Positions 44,028-54,485 of a stretch of 64,000 nucleotides of DNA are shown in pieces. Position numbers and translations under genes: made by a program. The stretch is from positions 25,531-89,530 of the forward strand of contig CAVWSF010000001.1 in assembly GCA_963757605.1 (NCBI GenBank). Direction: 5' to 3'. The notes under the pieces were generated by a model. That model did no database searches and was not told the origin of the DNA. It was given only the letters and a program-made list of their open reading frames with translations. The DNA is from an uncultured Actinomycetes bacterium. Its GTDB lineage: Bacteria; Actinomycetota; Thermoleophilia; Gaiellales; JAICJC01. How positions within the stretch are numbered: the first letter of the stretch is position 1; each line of letters opens with the position of its first letter.

Positions 44028-44852
44028 TTACTCCCCGGCCCGGATAAGCCAGCCCATCCGGGCGACGCGCGCCATGAACGGCAGGTCGTGCAGCCGCAGC
44101 ACGTCGACGCCCAGGTAGGCGGCGACGGCGACGACGCCGGCGGTGCCCTCGAGCGCGTCTTCCGGGAGGCCGAGCGGCTCGGCCGTCACCTCCTTGTGGG
44201 AGGGTGCGAGCAGGACCGGATAGCCGAGCGCGCGCAGTTCGGGCAGGCGGCGCAGCGTCTCGAGGTCGGTGGCCGTGTCCTTGCCGAAGCCGAGGCCCGG
44301 GTCGACGAGCAGCGCATCTCGGCGGATTCCGGCGGCCAGGGCGCCGTCGGCTCGTTCGGCGAGGTGGGCCGCGATCGATTCGAACGCCACCGAGTGGCGG
44401 CCGTCCTGGACCTGCTTCGGCTCGATGCCGAGGTGGGTGACGACGAGCCCGCCGCCGTGCGCGGCCACCGCCGCAGCCAGGTCGGAGTCGGAGAGGCCGG
44501 TGTGGTCGTTCACGAGGTCCGCGCCGGCGGCGAGCGCGGCGTCGGCGACGGCTGCCCGGTAGGTGTCGACGGCGATCGGGACGTCCGTCGCGCGCCGCAG
44601 GCCGTCGACCACGGGCACGACGCGGTCGATCTCGGCATCGGCCGGGATCGCCTCGCCCGGCTGGGCGGTCATCCCGCCGATGTCGAGCAGATCGGCGCCG
44701 GCCGCCACAAGCTCGAGCCCGCGCTCCACCGCCGCGGCCGGGTCGGCGGTGAGGCCGCGGTCGTAGAAGGAGTCGGGCGTCACGTTGACGATCGCCATGA
44801 TCCGCGGCGGGCCGCCCAGCGCCAGCGACCTGTTGGCGAATCGCACCTCCAC
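44028..44852 (-). CDS. folP: Dihydropteroate synthase
   Basis: Has IMAIVNVTPDSFYD, DIGG, VDTY, NDHTG and DPGLGFGK. GTG 44852 gives the usual ~18-aa lead before the MxIxNVTPDSF motif. The longer ORF to 45062 would run through the SOS boxes. Confidence 0.85.
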   Translation of the reverse strand: MEVRFANRSLALGGPPRIMAIVNVTPDSFYDRGLTADPAAAVERGLELVAAGADLLDIGGMTAQPGEAIPADAEIDRVVPVVDGLRRATDVPIAVDTYRAAVADAALAAGADLVNDHTGLSDSDLAAAVAAHGGGLVVTHLGIEPKQVQDGRHSVAFESIAAHLAERADGALAAGIRRDALLVDPGLGFGKDTATDLETLRRLPELRALGYPVLLAPSHKEVTAEPLGLPEDALEGTAGVVAVAAYLGVDVLRLHDLPFMARVARMGWLIRAGE

Positions 44853-44879
44853 GCGCGGCAGCGTACGCGCCTTGACAAC

Positions 44880-44893
44880 CGAACAGGTGTTCG
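44880..44893. promoter_or_regulatory. LexA (SOS/Cheo) box 1
   Basis: CGAACAGGTGTTCG is a perfect CGAAC-N4-GTTCG palindrome. Confidence 0.75.
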
Positions 44894-44903
44894 CTACCGT
44901 AGA

Positions 44904-44917
44904 CGAACACATGTTCG
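44904..44917. promoter_or_regulatory. LexA (SOS/Cheo) box 2
   Basis: CGAACACATGTTCG is a perfect palindrome 10 bp from box 1. It contains the ATG (44911) of the LysM gene. Confidence 0.75.
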
Positions 44918-45177
44918 CCTCACACTCCACACGCCGCCTCGTTACCGCCCTCGCGGCCCTCGCGTGCGCGGCCGCGTTCCTCCTGGGTGAGGCCATCCCG
45001 TCCCGCGGATCCGCGCCGCCCCGGCACCACACGGTCCACGCCGGCGAGACGCTGTGGGGCATCGCCGAGCACGCCTATCCCGGCTCCGACCCGCGCGAGG
45101 CCGTGTACCGGATCCGCGAAGCGAACGACATCCCCGGTTCGGCGATCGTCACCGGTGAGGAGCTGGTGCTGCCGTGA
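44911..45177 (+). CDS. Small N-terminal-TM + C-terminal LysM protein (YneA/ChiZ-like candidate SOS cell-division inhibitor)
   Basis: The sequence is MFASHSTRRLVTALAALACAAAFLLG (TM), then HTVHAGETLWGIAEHAY...IREANDIPGSAIVTGEELVLP (LysM). In-frame GTG 44887 is an alternative start. Confidence 0.7.
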   Translation: MFASHSTRRLVTALAALACAAAFLLGEAIPSRGSAPPRHHTVHAGETLWGIAEHAYPGSDPREAVYRIREANDIPGSAIVTGEELVLP

Positions 45178-45410
45178 GCCCCGCCACGCATCTGCGCCTC
45201 CTCCCGGCGCCCGATGCCCGCGTCGTCTACCTCGACGAGCGCCGCGCGGCCGATGACGCTCGGCCGCCGGCGCCGGTGCTCCGGCTGGTGCGGTCCGGCG
45301 ACGAGGGCCAGGTCCTGCGGCTCGACGTCTTCCTGCGCCGCGCACGGGCCGTCCTGGCCGAGCGCGACCTCGGGCCGGCCATGGCCGAGATCCCGCCCCG
45401 CATCGCCTAA
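45174..45410 (+). CDS. Hypothetical 78-aa protein, translationally coupled to the LysM gene
   Basis: GTGA start/stop overlap at 45174-45177 and high third-position G+C. I recognise no domain. Confidence 0.45.
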   Translation: MSPATHLRLLPAPDARVVYLDERRAADDARPPAPVLRLVRSGDEGQVLRLDVFLRRARAVLAERDLGPAMAEIPPRIA

Positions 45411-45452
45411 GCCTCAGCCCGAGCACGGGACGGCGGCCCATACAATCGGCCG

Positions 45453-46394
45453 ATGGACATGAGCGTCCTCTTCCTCGGCACCGCCGGCGCGGCGCCGAGC
45501 GCCCATCGCGGCGCCCCCGGACACCTCGTGCGACGGGGCGGCGACCGCATCCTGGTCGACTGCGGCGAGGGCACCCAGCGCCAGCTCCTGCGATCGGGCG
45601 TCGGCCTCGTCGACGTCGACGACATCCTCATCACGCACTGCCATGCCGACCACATCCTCGGCCTGCCCGGCATCCTGAAGACGTTCGCGCTGCGGGCCCG
45701 CCAGGCGCCGCTTCGGCTCTACGGCCCCGCCGGGCTGCCCGAGCTCATGGCGGCGCTGCGGCCGGTCATCGGCCGGCTCACGTACCGCGTCGAGATCGAG
45801 GCGCTGGCGCCGGGCGACGCGTTGGAGCGGGACGGGTACCGCGTCCACGGCTTCGCCACCGACCATCACGTGGCGAGCGTGGGCTACGCGTTCGTCGAGG
45901 ACGAGCGTCCCGGCCGGTTCGACATCGACGCGGCCCGCCAGATGGGGGTGCCCGAGGGGCCGCTGTTCGGGCAGCTCCAGCACGGCGAGGCGGTCACGCT
46001 CGAGAGCGGCGTCACGGTGCCCGCCGACGCCGTGGTGGGGGAGGCCCGTCCCGGGCGCACACTCGTCTTCTCCGGCGACACGCGGCCATGCAAGGAGCTC
46101 TTCCAGGCCTGCCTCGGCGCGGACGTGCTCGTGCACGAGGCGACGTTCCTCGAGGAGGAGGCCGACCGGGCCGCCGAGACCGGCCACACGACGGCGCTCC
46201 AGGCCGGGCGGCTGGCCCGAGAGGCCGGAGTGCGCCTGCTCGCGCTCACGCACATCTCGACCCGCCATCCGGCCCGCGAGATCCTGGCGGAGGCCCGCTC
46301 GGAGTTTCCGGCCGCCGTCCTCCCGCGCGACTTCGACTCGATCGAGGTGCCGCTGGCGGAGCGGGGCGAGCCGCACCTGATCAAGGCGGCGTGA
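45453..46394 (+). CDS. rnz: Ribonuclease Z (tRNA 3' endonuclease, metallo-beta-lactamase fold)
   Basis: Has FLGTAGAAPS, ILVDCGEGTQRQL, ITHCHADHILGLPGIL and the C-terminal HIS..H region. Confidence 0.9.
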   Translation: MDMSVLFLGTAGAAPSAHRGAPGHLVRRGGDRILVDCGEGTQRQLLRSGVGLVDVDDILITHCHADHILGLPGILKTFALRARQAPLRLYGPAGLPELMAALRPVIGRLTYRVEIEALAPGDALERDGYRVHGFATDHHVASVGYAFVEDERPGRFDIDAARQMGVPEGPLFGQLQHGEAVTLESGVTVPADAVVGEARPGRTLVFSGDTRPCKELFQACLGADVLVHEATFLEEEADRAAETGHTTALQAGRLAREAGVRLLALTHISTRHPAREILAEARSEFPAAVLPRDFDSIEVPLAERGEPHLIKAA

Positions 46395-47134
46395 GCCACT
46401 TCGACGCGCTCGCGCCGGACTACGACCGGCTGCGACCGGCCGGCGAGGGATGGCAGGAGCTCGCCGGCCGAACGCTGGCCGCGCTGGAGGGCGCGCGCCG
46501 GCTCCTCGACGTCGGCTGCGGCACCGGCCGCTTCGCCGTGCTGGCGGCCGAGCGGCTGGGCGGACGGGTCTGGGGCGTCGACGCGTCGGACGAGATGTTG
46601 CGCGAGGCCCGCAGCCGGCCCGGGGCGTCGCGGGTGGGGTGGAGGCGGGCGGACGCGGCCGAGCTCCCGTTCAAGACCGGCTGGTTCGACGCCGTCCACA
46701 GCCATCTCGTGCTGCACCTCGTGGCCGATCGCGCAGCCGCCGTCGCCGAGATTGCCCGCGTCCTCGGCCCCGGCGGGCGCGTGGTCGTCGGCACGTTCGC
46801 CCCGGAGCACTTCCGCGAGTTCTTCCTGAATGAGTACTTCCCTTCGATCCCCGCGATCGACCTGGCCCGCTTCCCCGATCCCGACGGCCTCTGCGCCGAG
46901 CTGACCGCGGCCGGGTTCGAGCGGGCCGGCGTGGAGCGGTTTGACCAGCCGGTCGGCGCCGCCGCGGCGGATGTCCTCGAGCGAGTGCGCGGCCGCTACA
47001 TCTCGACGCTGCGGCTGGTCGCTGACGACGAGTACGCCGCCGGCCTCGCCCGGCTCGAGGCAGACGTGGTCGCCGGCCGCGAGGCCTTCGACTACAGGCT
47101 GCGATGGGCGCTCGTCACGGCGCAGCGAGGATAG
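46391..47134 (+). CDS. Class I SAM-dependent methyltransferase
   Basis: Has LLDVGCGTGRF (motif I), VWGVDASDEML and VLGPGGRVVV. GTGA overlap with rnz. Confidence 0.8.
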   Translation: MSHFDALAPDYDRLRPAGEGWQELAGRTLAALEGARRLLDVGCGTGRFAVLAAERLGGRVWGVDASDEMLREARSRPGASRVGWRRADAAELPFKTGWFDAVHSHLVLHLVADRAAAVAEIARVLGPGGRVVVGTFAPEHFREFFLNEYFPSIPAIDLARFPDPDGLCAELTAAGFERAGVERFDQPVGAAAADVLERVRGRYISTLRLVADDEYAAGLARLEADVVAGREAFDYRLRWALVTAQRG

Positions 47135-47714
47135 CCCGCATCCCCTCGCGGAACGCCGGGCCGCCCGCGTTCGCCGGATGGCGGACGTAGGCCGTGCCGG
47201 CCGGGAGCACGGACTCGGCGATCCGCCCGACCGCGACGACTGTGCGCGGCCGGACGAGCTCGACGAGACGCATCGCAAGCGGCGCGCCGGCCTCGACCTC
47301 GGCGGCCGTCGGCCGGCGGTTCGAGAGCGGCTCGCCCGGCCGGTGCGGGTGGGTCGGCACCGTGTTCCAGAGGATGACCCGGTGCTCGGCGCCGAGTTCG
47401 GCGAGCACCTTGTGGACGATCGTCCCGGACGGCTCGCTCCACGTCCGCGCGGCGCACGTCGTCCGGTAGGGAGAGCCCCAGCGCAGGAGGTCGCGCTCCG
47501 ACGTGAACGCGATACCCGACCAGCGCATGCCCTGATACCCGCCCGCCTCGCCCAGGCAGACGACGTCCGCGCCGGGCCGCTCCGCCAGGTAGGCGCGCAG
47601 GTTCTCGAACCGGATCGCCGCCGCCCCCGGCACGTCGTCGGGCCCGGCCTCGGCGTACTGGTTGAACGTGGCGCCGATGCGGAGTCGGGTCAGCTCGGCG
47701 AGGAGGCGCTCCAC
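47115..47714 (-). CDS. Uracil-DNA glycosylase-superfamily protein
   Basis: Has VVCLGEAGGYQGMRWSGIAFTSE (GEAPG-like motif A) and the HPAN region near the C-terminus. Confidence 0.6.
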   Translation of the reverse strand: MERLLAELTRLRIGATFNQYAEAGPDDVPGAAAIRFENLRAYLAERPGADVVCLGEAGGYQGMRWSGIAFTSERDLLRWGSPYRTTCAARTWSEPSGTIVHKVLAELGAEHRVILWNTVPTHPHRPGEPLSNRRPTAAEVEAGAPLAMRLVELVRPRTVVAVGRIAESVLPAGTAYVRHPANAGGPAFREGMRAILAAP

Positions 47715-47749
47715 GCCGCCGAGCTTGACACGGGAGGGCCCGCTGTGGT

Positions 47750-47778
47750 TTAGTCAACTGCCTTAGTCGGATGACTAA
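47750..47778. promoter_or_regulatory. A/T-rich inverted repeats upstream of the TetR gene (probable operator)
   Basis: TTAGTCA lies at 47750-47756. TTAGTC-GGAT-GACTAA spans 47763-47778 and ends 3 nt before ATG 47782. TTGACA lies at 47725-47730. Confidence 0.5.
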
Positions 47779-47781
47779 CAC

Positions 47782-48360
47782 ATGGTCACGAAGCCCGACA
47801 TCAGAACCACGTTCCTCGACGCCGCCGAGCGGCTGCTCATCGAGGAGGGCAGGCGAGGCATCTCGACCCGGCGGCTGGCGCGCGAGGCCGGCCTGAACCA
47901 CGGGCTCGTGCACTACTACTTCGGCAGCGTCGAGAACCTCATGCTGGCGGTGTTCGAGCGCTTCACCGACCGGCTCGTGGAGCGCCAGCGGGCGATGTAC
48001 GCGGCCGACGTCCCGTTCCTCGAGAAGTGGCGCGCCGCGATGGGGTTCATGGAGGAGGATCTCGCCGCCGGCTACGCCAAGGTCTGGGCCGAGCTCCAGG
48101 CCGCGGCGATGAACGACGAGGAGCTCCAGCGCCGCTTCAGCGCGGTGTACGTGAAGTGGCGCTCCGTCCTCACGGACGCGTTCACGGCGGCGGCGCGGGA
48201 GTACGGCGCGAGCGACGCGGCGGTGCCGGCGCTGGTCACGCTCGTCATGACCTTCACGGTCGGCATGTTCAACGAGCGCCTCGTCGGCATCGACGCGGGC
48301 CACGCCGAGCTCCTGGCGTGGTTCGAGGCCGCCGTCCGGTCGATGGAGGCCGCCGCGTGA
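47782..48360 (+). CDS. TetR/AcrR family transcriptional regulator
   Basis: The N-terminal HTH is ISTRRLAREAGLNHGLVHYYFGS. Confidence 0.9.
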   Translation: MVTKPDIRTTFLDAAERLLIEEGRRGISTRRLAREAGLNHGLVHYYFGSVENLMLAVFERFTDRLVERQRAMYAADVPFLEKWRAAMGFMEEDLAAGYAKVWAELQAAAMNDEELQRRFSAVYVKWRSVLTDAFTAAAREYGASDAAVPALVTLVMTFTVGMFNERLVGIDAGHAELLAWFEAAVRSMEAAA

Positions 48361-49253
48361 CCGTCGCCGAGCAGACCCGCGCCCGCTACCCCGACTCGGA
48401 GGGCGACGTGGACCGCGACGGCGTTCGTGTCCACTGGGAGCAGTACGGAGACGGCGCGCCGGCGATCCTCTTCCTGCCGACCTGGTCGATCGCGCCGGCC
48501 CGGTTCTGGAAGGCGCAGATCCCGTACTTCGCTCGCCGCCACCGCGTACTGGCCTTCGATCCGCGCGGGAACGGCCGTTCCGACCGGCCGATCGCAGGCG
48601 ACGCCTACGCCGAGGCGGCGTTCGCCGCCGACGCCGCCGCCGTCCTCGACGCGACAGGGACCGACCGCGCCGTCGTCGTCGGGCTCTCGCTCGGGGCGCA
48701 GCGCGGGCTGCTTCTGGCGACGGAGCGCCCGGACCGCGTGCTCGGGCTCGTGCTGCTCGGGCCTGCGGTCCCGCTTGCGCCGATGCCGCCCAAGCGGGCC
48801 GAGGCCTTCGCGCTCTTCGACCAGGAGCGCAGCGACGAGCGGCCGTGGCACCAGCACAACGCGCACTTCTGGAGGCGTGACTTCCGAGGGTTCCTCGAGT
48901 TCTTCTTCTCGCAGGCGTTCACCGAGCCGCACTCGACCAAGCAGACCGAGGACTGCGTCGGCTGGGGACTCGATTGCGGGGTGGATGCTCTGCTGGCCTC
49001 GGAGGACGGCCCGGGCCTCGGCGACGCGACCGCTGCGACCGCCGCGGCCGTCACCTGCCCGGTGCTCGTGATCCACGGTACGGACGACGCGATCGTCCCC
49101 CACGCGGCCGGAGCCGAGCTGGCCCGCCTGACCGGCGGGTCGCTCGTCACCGTCGCGGGCGGCGGCCACTGCCCGCAGGCCCGCGACCCGGTGCTCGTGA
49201 ACCTCCTCCTCCGCGACTTCGTCGACTCGCTCGACGGGCAGGACGCGGCATGA
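48357..49253 (+). CDS. Alpha/beta hydrolase (Ser nucleophile GLSLG)
   Basis: Has AILFLPTW, FDPRGNGRSD, VVGLSLGAQ, VIHGTDD and GGGHCPQARDP. Confidence 0.8.
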   Translation: MTVAEQTRARYPDSEGDVDRDGVRVHWEQYGDGAPAILFLPTWSIAPARFWKAQIPYFARRHRVLAFDPRGNGRSDRPIAGDAYAEAAFAADAAAVLDATGTDRAVVVGLSLGAQRGLLLATERPDRVLGLVLLGPAVPLAPMPPKRAEAFALFDQERSDERPWHQHNAHFWRRDFRGFLEFFFSQAFTEPHSTKQTEDCVGWGLDCGVDALLASEDGPGLGDATAATAAAVTCPVLVIHGTDDAIVPHAAGAELARLTGGSLVTVAGGGHCPQARDPVLVNLLLRDFVDSLDGQDAA

Positions 49254-51379
49254 GGGGCGCCGAGCAGACCCGAGCCCGCTACCCGGACGCCGACGGCGTC
49301 GTCGAGCGCGACGGTGTGCGGGTCTACTGGGAGCGGTACGGCTCCGGCTCGCCCGCCTATCTGCTCCTCCCGACGTGGGAGGCCCTGCACTCGCGGACGT
49401 GGAAGTGCCAGATCCCGTACCTGGCCCGGTACGGGACCGTGATCACGTTCGACCCGCGCGGGAACGGGCGCTCGGACCGGCCGCGGGATCCCGCCCTCTA
49501 CGCGCGGCGCGAGTACGCGGACGACGCCGTCGCGGTGCTCGACGCCGCCGGGGTGGCTCGCGCGCTCGTGGTGGCCTGGTGCGACCTCGGCGAGTCGCTG
49601 ATCCTCGCGGCGGAGCATCCCGAGCGCGTGACCGGCCTCTTCGAGATCGCCCCGGCCGTCCAGCTCGTCGACATGCCGCCGGAGCTGGTCGCCCACCCCT
49701 TCGACGAGCCTCTCGACACGGACGAGGGCTGGGCCAAGGAGAACCGCCACTACTGGCTGCGCGACTGGCGCGGGTACACGGAGTTCTTCTTCGGCGAGTG
49801 CTTCAGCGAGCCGCATTCGACGAAGCAGCTGGAGGACGCGGTCGGCTGGTCGCTCGAGACCGACCCCGAGACCATGCTCCTGCGCTTCCGCGGCTGGAAC
49901 GACAAGGTGATCGGGCGGGCGGAGGCGACGGCACACGCGGGCCGGATCGCGTGCCCGGGCGTCGTGATCCACGGAACCGAGGACCGGCTCGTGGAGGCCG
50001 GCCGCGGCCGGACGGTGGCCGAGACGCTGGGCTGGGGCCACGTGAGCATCGAGGGCTCCGGCCACGGCCCGCACGCCCGCGATCCCGTGCGCACGAACCT
50101 GCTCCTGCGCACGGCGGGGCGTGAAGCGACTGCCGGCCCCCGGCCGGCCGCCGACCGGCGCTGGACGCGGGCCGTCAAGCGCGCGAAGCGCGCGCTCTAC
50201 ATCTCCTCGCCGATCGGCCTGGGGCACGCCTGGCGCGACGTCGCGATCGCAGACGAGCTGCGCGCGCTGCACCCGGACATCCAGATCGACTGGCTCGCCC
50301 AGGATCCCGTGACGCGCGTCCTCGAGTCGCGCGGCGAGCGCATCCACCCGGCCTCGGCCGACCTGGCGAGCGAGTCGGCCCACATCGCCTCCGAGTCGGC
50401 CGGCCACGACCTGCACGTCTTCCAGGCGATCCGGCGGATGGACGAGATCCTGATCGCGAACTTCATGGTCTTCCACGACCTCGTGGAGCAGGAGGCCTAC
50501 GACGTGTGGATCGCGGACGAGGGCTGGGAGATCGACTACTTCCTGCACGAGAACCCGGAGCTCAAGACGGCGGCGTACTGCTGGCTCACCGACTTCGTCG
50601 GCTGGCTGCCGATGCCCGACGGCGGCGAGCACGAGGCCTACCTGACGGCCGACCTGAACGCCGAGATGATCGAGCACATCGCCCGCTTTCCGCGGATCCG
50701 AGACCGGGCGATCTTCGTCGGGAGCCCGCAGGACATCGTGGCCGACACGTTCGGGCCGGGGCTGCCTGCGATCAGGGCGTGGACCGAGGAGCACTACGAC
50801 TTCTCGGGCTACGTGATCGGGCCGCTGCCCGGCCCCGGGGAGCGGGAGGCGCTGCAGGCCGAGCTCGGCTGCGGGCCGGACGAGCGGGTCTGCATCGCCA
50901 CGGTGGGCGGCTCGGGCGTCGGGGACGCGCTCCTGCGCCGGGTCGTCGACGGCTTCGACGTGGCCCGCCGGGCGATCCCCGACCTGCGGATGATCGCCGT
51001 CGCCGGTCCGCGCATCGACCCGGCCACGTTCCCGCAGCGCGACGGCCTGGAGGTGCGCCCCTACGTCCACGAGCTTCGCCGCCACCTCGCCGTCTGCGAC
51101 CTCGCCGTCGTCCAGGGCGGCCTGGCGACGACGATGGAGCTGACGGCTGCGCGGCGGCCGTTCCTCTACTTCCCGCTCGGCCACCACTTCGAGCAGCGCA
51201 TCCACGTGCGCCACCGGCTCGACCGATACGGCGCCGGCCGCTGCATGGACTTCGACACGGCAACCCCCGACGCGATCGGTGCAGCCATCGCCGAGGAGAT
51301 CGGAAGGGAGGTGGCCTATCGCGACGTCGAGACCGACGGCGCCGCCCGCGCGGCGGCGCTGATTGCAGAGGTGCTGTGA
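49250..51379 (+). CDS. Alpha/beta-hydrolase paralog fused to a GT-B (MurG/GT28-like) glycosyltransferase domain
   Basis: The N-terminal ~290 aa are colinear with the upstream hydrolase, but the elbow reads VVAWCDLGES. The continuous frame then gives ALYISSPIGLGHAWRDVAIADELR...GGSGVG...VVQGGLATTMELTAARRPFLYFPL. ATGA overlap at the start. Confidence 0.65.
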   Translation: MRGAEQTRARYPDADGVVERDGVRVYWERYGSGSPAYLLLPTWEALHSRTWKCQIPYLARYGTVITFDPRGNGRSDRPRDPALYARREYADDAVAVLDAAGVARALVVAWCDLGESLILAAEHPERVTGLFEIAPAVQLVDMPPELVAHPFDEPLDTDEGWAKENRHYWLRDWRGYTEFFFGECFSEPHSTKQLEDAVGWSLETDPETMLLRFRGWNDKVIGRAEATAHAGRIACPGVVIHGTEDRLVEAGRGRTVAETLGWGHVSIEGSGHGPHARDPVRTNLLLRTAGREATAGPRPAADRRWTRAVKRAKRALYISSPIGLGHAWRDVAIADELRALHPDIQIDWLAQDPVTRVLESRGERIHPASADLASESAHIASESAGHDLHVFQAIRRMDEILIANFMVFHDLVEQEAYDVWIADEGWEIDYFLHENPELKTAAYCWLTDFVGWLPMPDGGEHEAYLTADLNAEMIEHIARFPRIRDRAIFVGSPQDIVADTFGPGLPAIRAWTEEHYDFSGYVIGPLPGPGEREALQAELGCGPDERVCIATVGGSGVGDALLRRVVDGFDVARRAIPDLRMIAVAGPRIDPATFPQRDGLEVRPYVHELRRHLAVCDLAVVQGGLATTMELTAARRPFLYFPLGHHFEQRIHVRHRLDRYGAGRCMDFDTATPDAIGAAIAEEIGREVAYRDVETDGAARAAALIAEVL

Positions 51380-51404
51380 AGCAAACAACGACTGGGGGTC
51401 ACAA

Positions 51405-52055
51405 ATGTCTCTTGCTGAGGCCGAATCCCAAGCGACCGAGGTCGTCTACGACCTGACCGGAACGCTTCTCGAGGTGTGCACGTGCGGCGTCCTTTGCCCA
51501 TGCTGGGTCGGGGAGGACCCCGACGGGGGCGATTGCCACTCAGTGCTCTCCTACCACTTCACGGAGGGGACGATCCGGGGGGTCGACGTCTCGGGCCGCA
51601 CCATCGCGAACATCGTCCACATCCCGGGCAACGTGCTCACGCCGGGCACCTGGAAGGTCGCGCAGTTCATCGACGACGAGGCGACCGACGCGCAGTTCGA
51701 GGCGCTCCGCGACGCCTACTCCGGCGCGCTGGGCGGGCCGCTGGCCGACCTGGCCGGGCTGGTCGGGGAGGTGCTCACCTGCGAGCGCGTGCCGATCTCC
51801 CATCAGGTCGTCGAGGGCGTCGGCACGCTCGACGTGGGCGACTTCGCGCACTGCGAGATGGCGCCGTTCCGAGGCGCCGACGGCACCATCACCACGATCC
51901 GCGACTCGGTCTTCTCGACCGTTCCCGGGTCGCCCGCCTACCTCTCCAAGGCGTCCGCGCAGCGGATCAGCCTGCCGCAGTACGGCCTCGAGTGGTCGGA
52001 GGGACAGAACGCGATCCAGGCCGACTACCGGATGACCCACGCGGTCGCCCGGTGA
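51405..52055 (+). CDS. DUF1326-domain protein
   Basis: VCTCGVLCPCWVGEDPDGGDCHSVLSYHF fits this family. The RBS GGGGG lies 7 nt upstream. Confidence 0.75.
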   Translation: MSLAEAESQATEVVYDLTGTLLEVCTCGVLCPCWVGEDPDGGDCHSVLSYHFTEGTIRGVDVSGRTIANIVHIPGNVLTPGTWKVAQFIDDEATDAQFEALRDAYSGALGGPLADLAGLVGEVLTCERVPISHQVVEGVGTLDVGDFAHCEMAPFRGADGTITTIRDSVFSTVPGSPAYLSKASAQRISLPQYGLEWSEGQNAIQADYRMTHAVAR

Positions 52056-52850
52056 GCGCAGTCGGCTCGCGCTCGCGGACGCCCGCCGCCGTCCTCGCCG
52101 CGATCGTCGCGGCCTGGGCGGCGGCGGGCATCGCCGAGGCCGTCGGCCCGGGCGCGGTGCTGCACGGACACGGCGCGCCGCACACCGCCGCCGAGCCGCT
52201 GTGGGTGACGGTGCTCCTGCCGCCGTTCTGGGTCGGGGCGATCGCCTTCCTCCTGGCATGGCAGGTGATGGTGGCGGCGATGATGCTGCCGTCCAGCCTG
52301 CCGATGGTGCGGCTGTTCACGCACGCGGCCCGCCGCCAGGAGGGAGCAAACCGGGTCGTCGCCGCGTTCCTGGGCGGCTACGGCGTCGTGTGGGCGGCGT
52401 GCGGGGCGGCGGCGTTCGCGGCCGACGTCGCGCTGCACCGGGCGGGCGGGACCGTCTCCTGGTTCGACGCCCACCCGTGGGTCGCGCCGGCCGCCGCGCT
52501 GGCCGGTGCGGGCGTCTTCCAGTTCACCGGCTTGAAGGACCGGTGCCTCGACCAGTGCCGCCACCCGGGCCCGTTCCTCATGCGCCACTACCGCCGCGGC
52601 ACCCGGGGCGGGTTCGACCTCGGCCGCCGGCACGGGCTCTTCTGCATCGGCTGCTGCTGGGCGCTCATGGGGCTCATGCTGGTGATGGGCGCGGCCAGCC
52701 TCGTCTGGATGGCGGGGCTGGGCGCCGTCATGTACTACGAGCGGGCCGGCAGGCACGGGCGCAGGCTGACGCCGGTCGTCGGCGTGCTCCTGATCGGATG
52801 GGGCCTGCTCGTGGCCGCGCATCCCGGATGGCTCCCCGAGATCCTCGGAG

Positions 52851-52864
<14 letters not shown>
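52052..52864 (+). CDS. DUF2182-domain integral membrane protein (predicted metal-binding)
   Basis: Has WQVMVAAMMLPSSLPM, KDRCLDQCRHP and FCIGCCWALM. GTGA overlap with the DUF1326 gene. Confidence 0.75.
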
Positions 52865-54060
<1,196 letters not shown>

Positions 54061-54068
<8 letters not shown>

Positions 54069-54477
54069 GGGCTGGGATCCGCCGGAGGTGGGCGCGCGCG
54101 CATCGCGATCGCGTACCGTCACGGCCGAGGACATCGAGCGCTTCACGGCGATCTCCGGCGACCGCAACCCGCTCCACTACGACGAGGCGGCGGCCCGCGT
54201 GTCGCGCTTCGGCGAGATCATCGTCCAGGGCGGGATCACGTCGGCCATCCTGAACGCCGTCGTCGCCGAGGACCTCCCGGGGCCGGGCACCGTCTTCCTC
54301 GAGGTCGCCTGGAAGTTCACCGCCCCGGTGCGCCCCGGCGACACGATCACGGGCGAGGTCGAGGTCACTGCCGCCCGCGCGGACAAGCCGATCACCCACC
54401 TCACGACGACGGTGACGCGCGACGACGGCGTCGTCGCCCTTGAGGGCACGGCCGTCTGCTACACGGTCGCGGTCTAG
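54061..54477 (+). CDS. MaoC-like (R)-specific enoyl-CoA hydratase/dehydratase hotdog protein
   Basis: SGDRNPLHYDEAAA....GEIIVQGG fits this family. Confidence 0.8.
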
Positions 54478-54485
54478 CCACCTCG

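Noticed and set aside
44853-45062. A longer folP N-terminus (ORF extends to 45062; an internal ATG lies at 44912).
   Set aside because: The extension has no FolP similarity and would run through both LexA boxes and the divergent LysM gene start. GTG 44852 reproduces the usual distance to the IxNVTPDSF motif.
50100-50130. A GTGA motif inside the hydrolase-GT fusion (gcGTGAag, ~50119-50124) that could be a hidden stop/start junction of two genes.
   Set aside because: The TGA is out of frame with the hydrolase, and the GTG-initiated frame (ORF 50121-50312) is not GT-like. Splitting the gene would need two compensating indels, so I kept the fusion as the parsimonious reading and flagged it for read-level checking.
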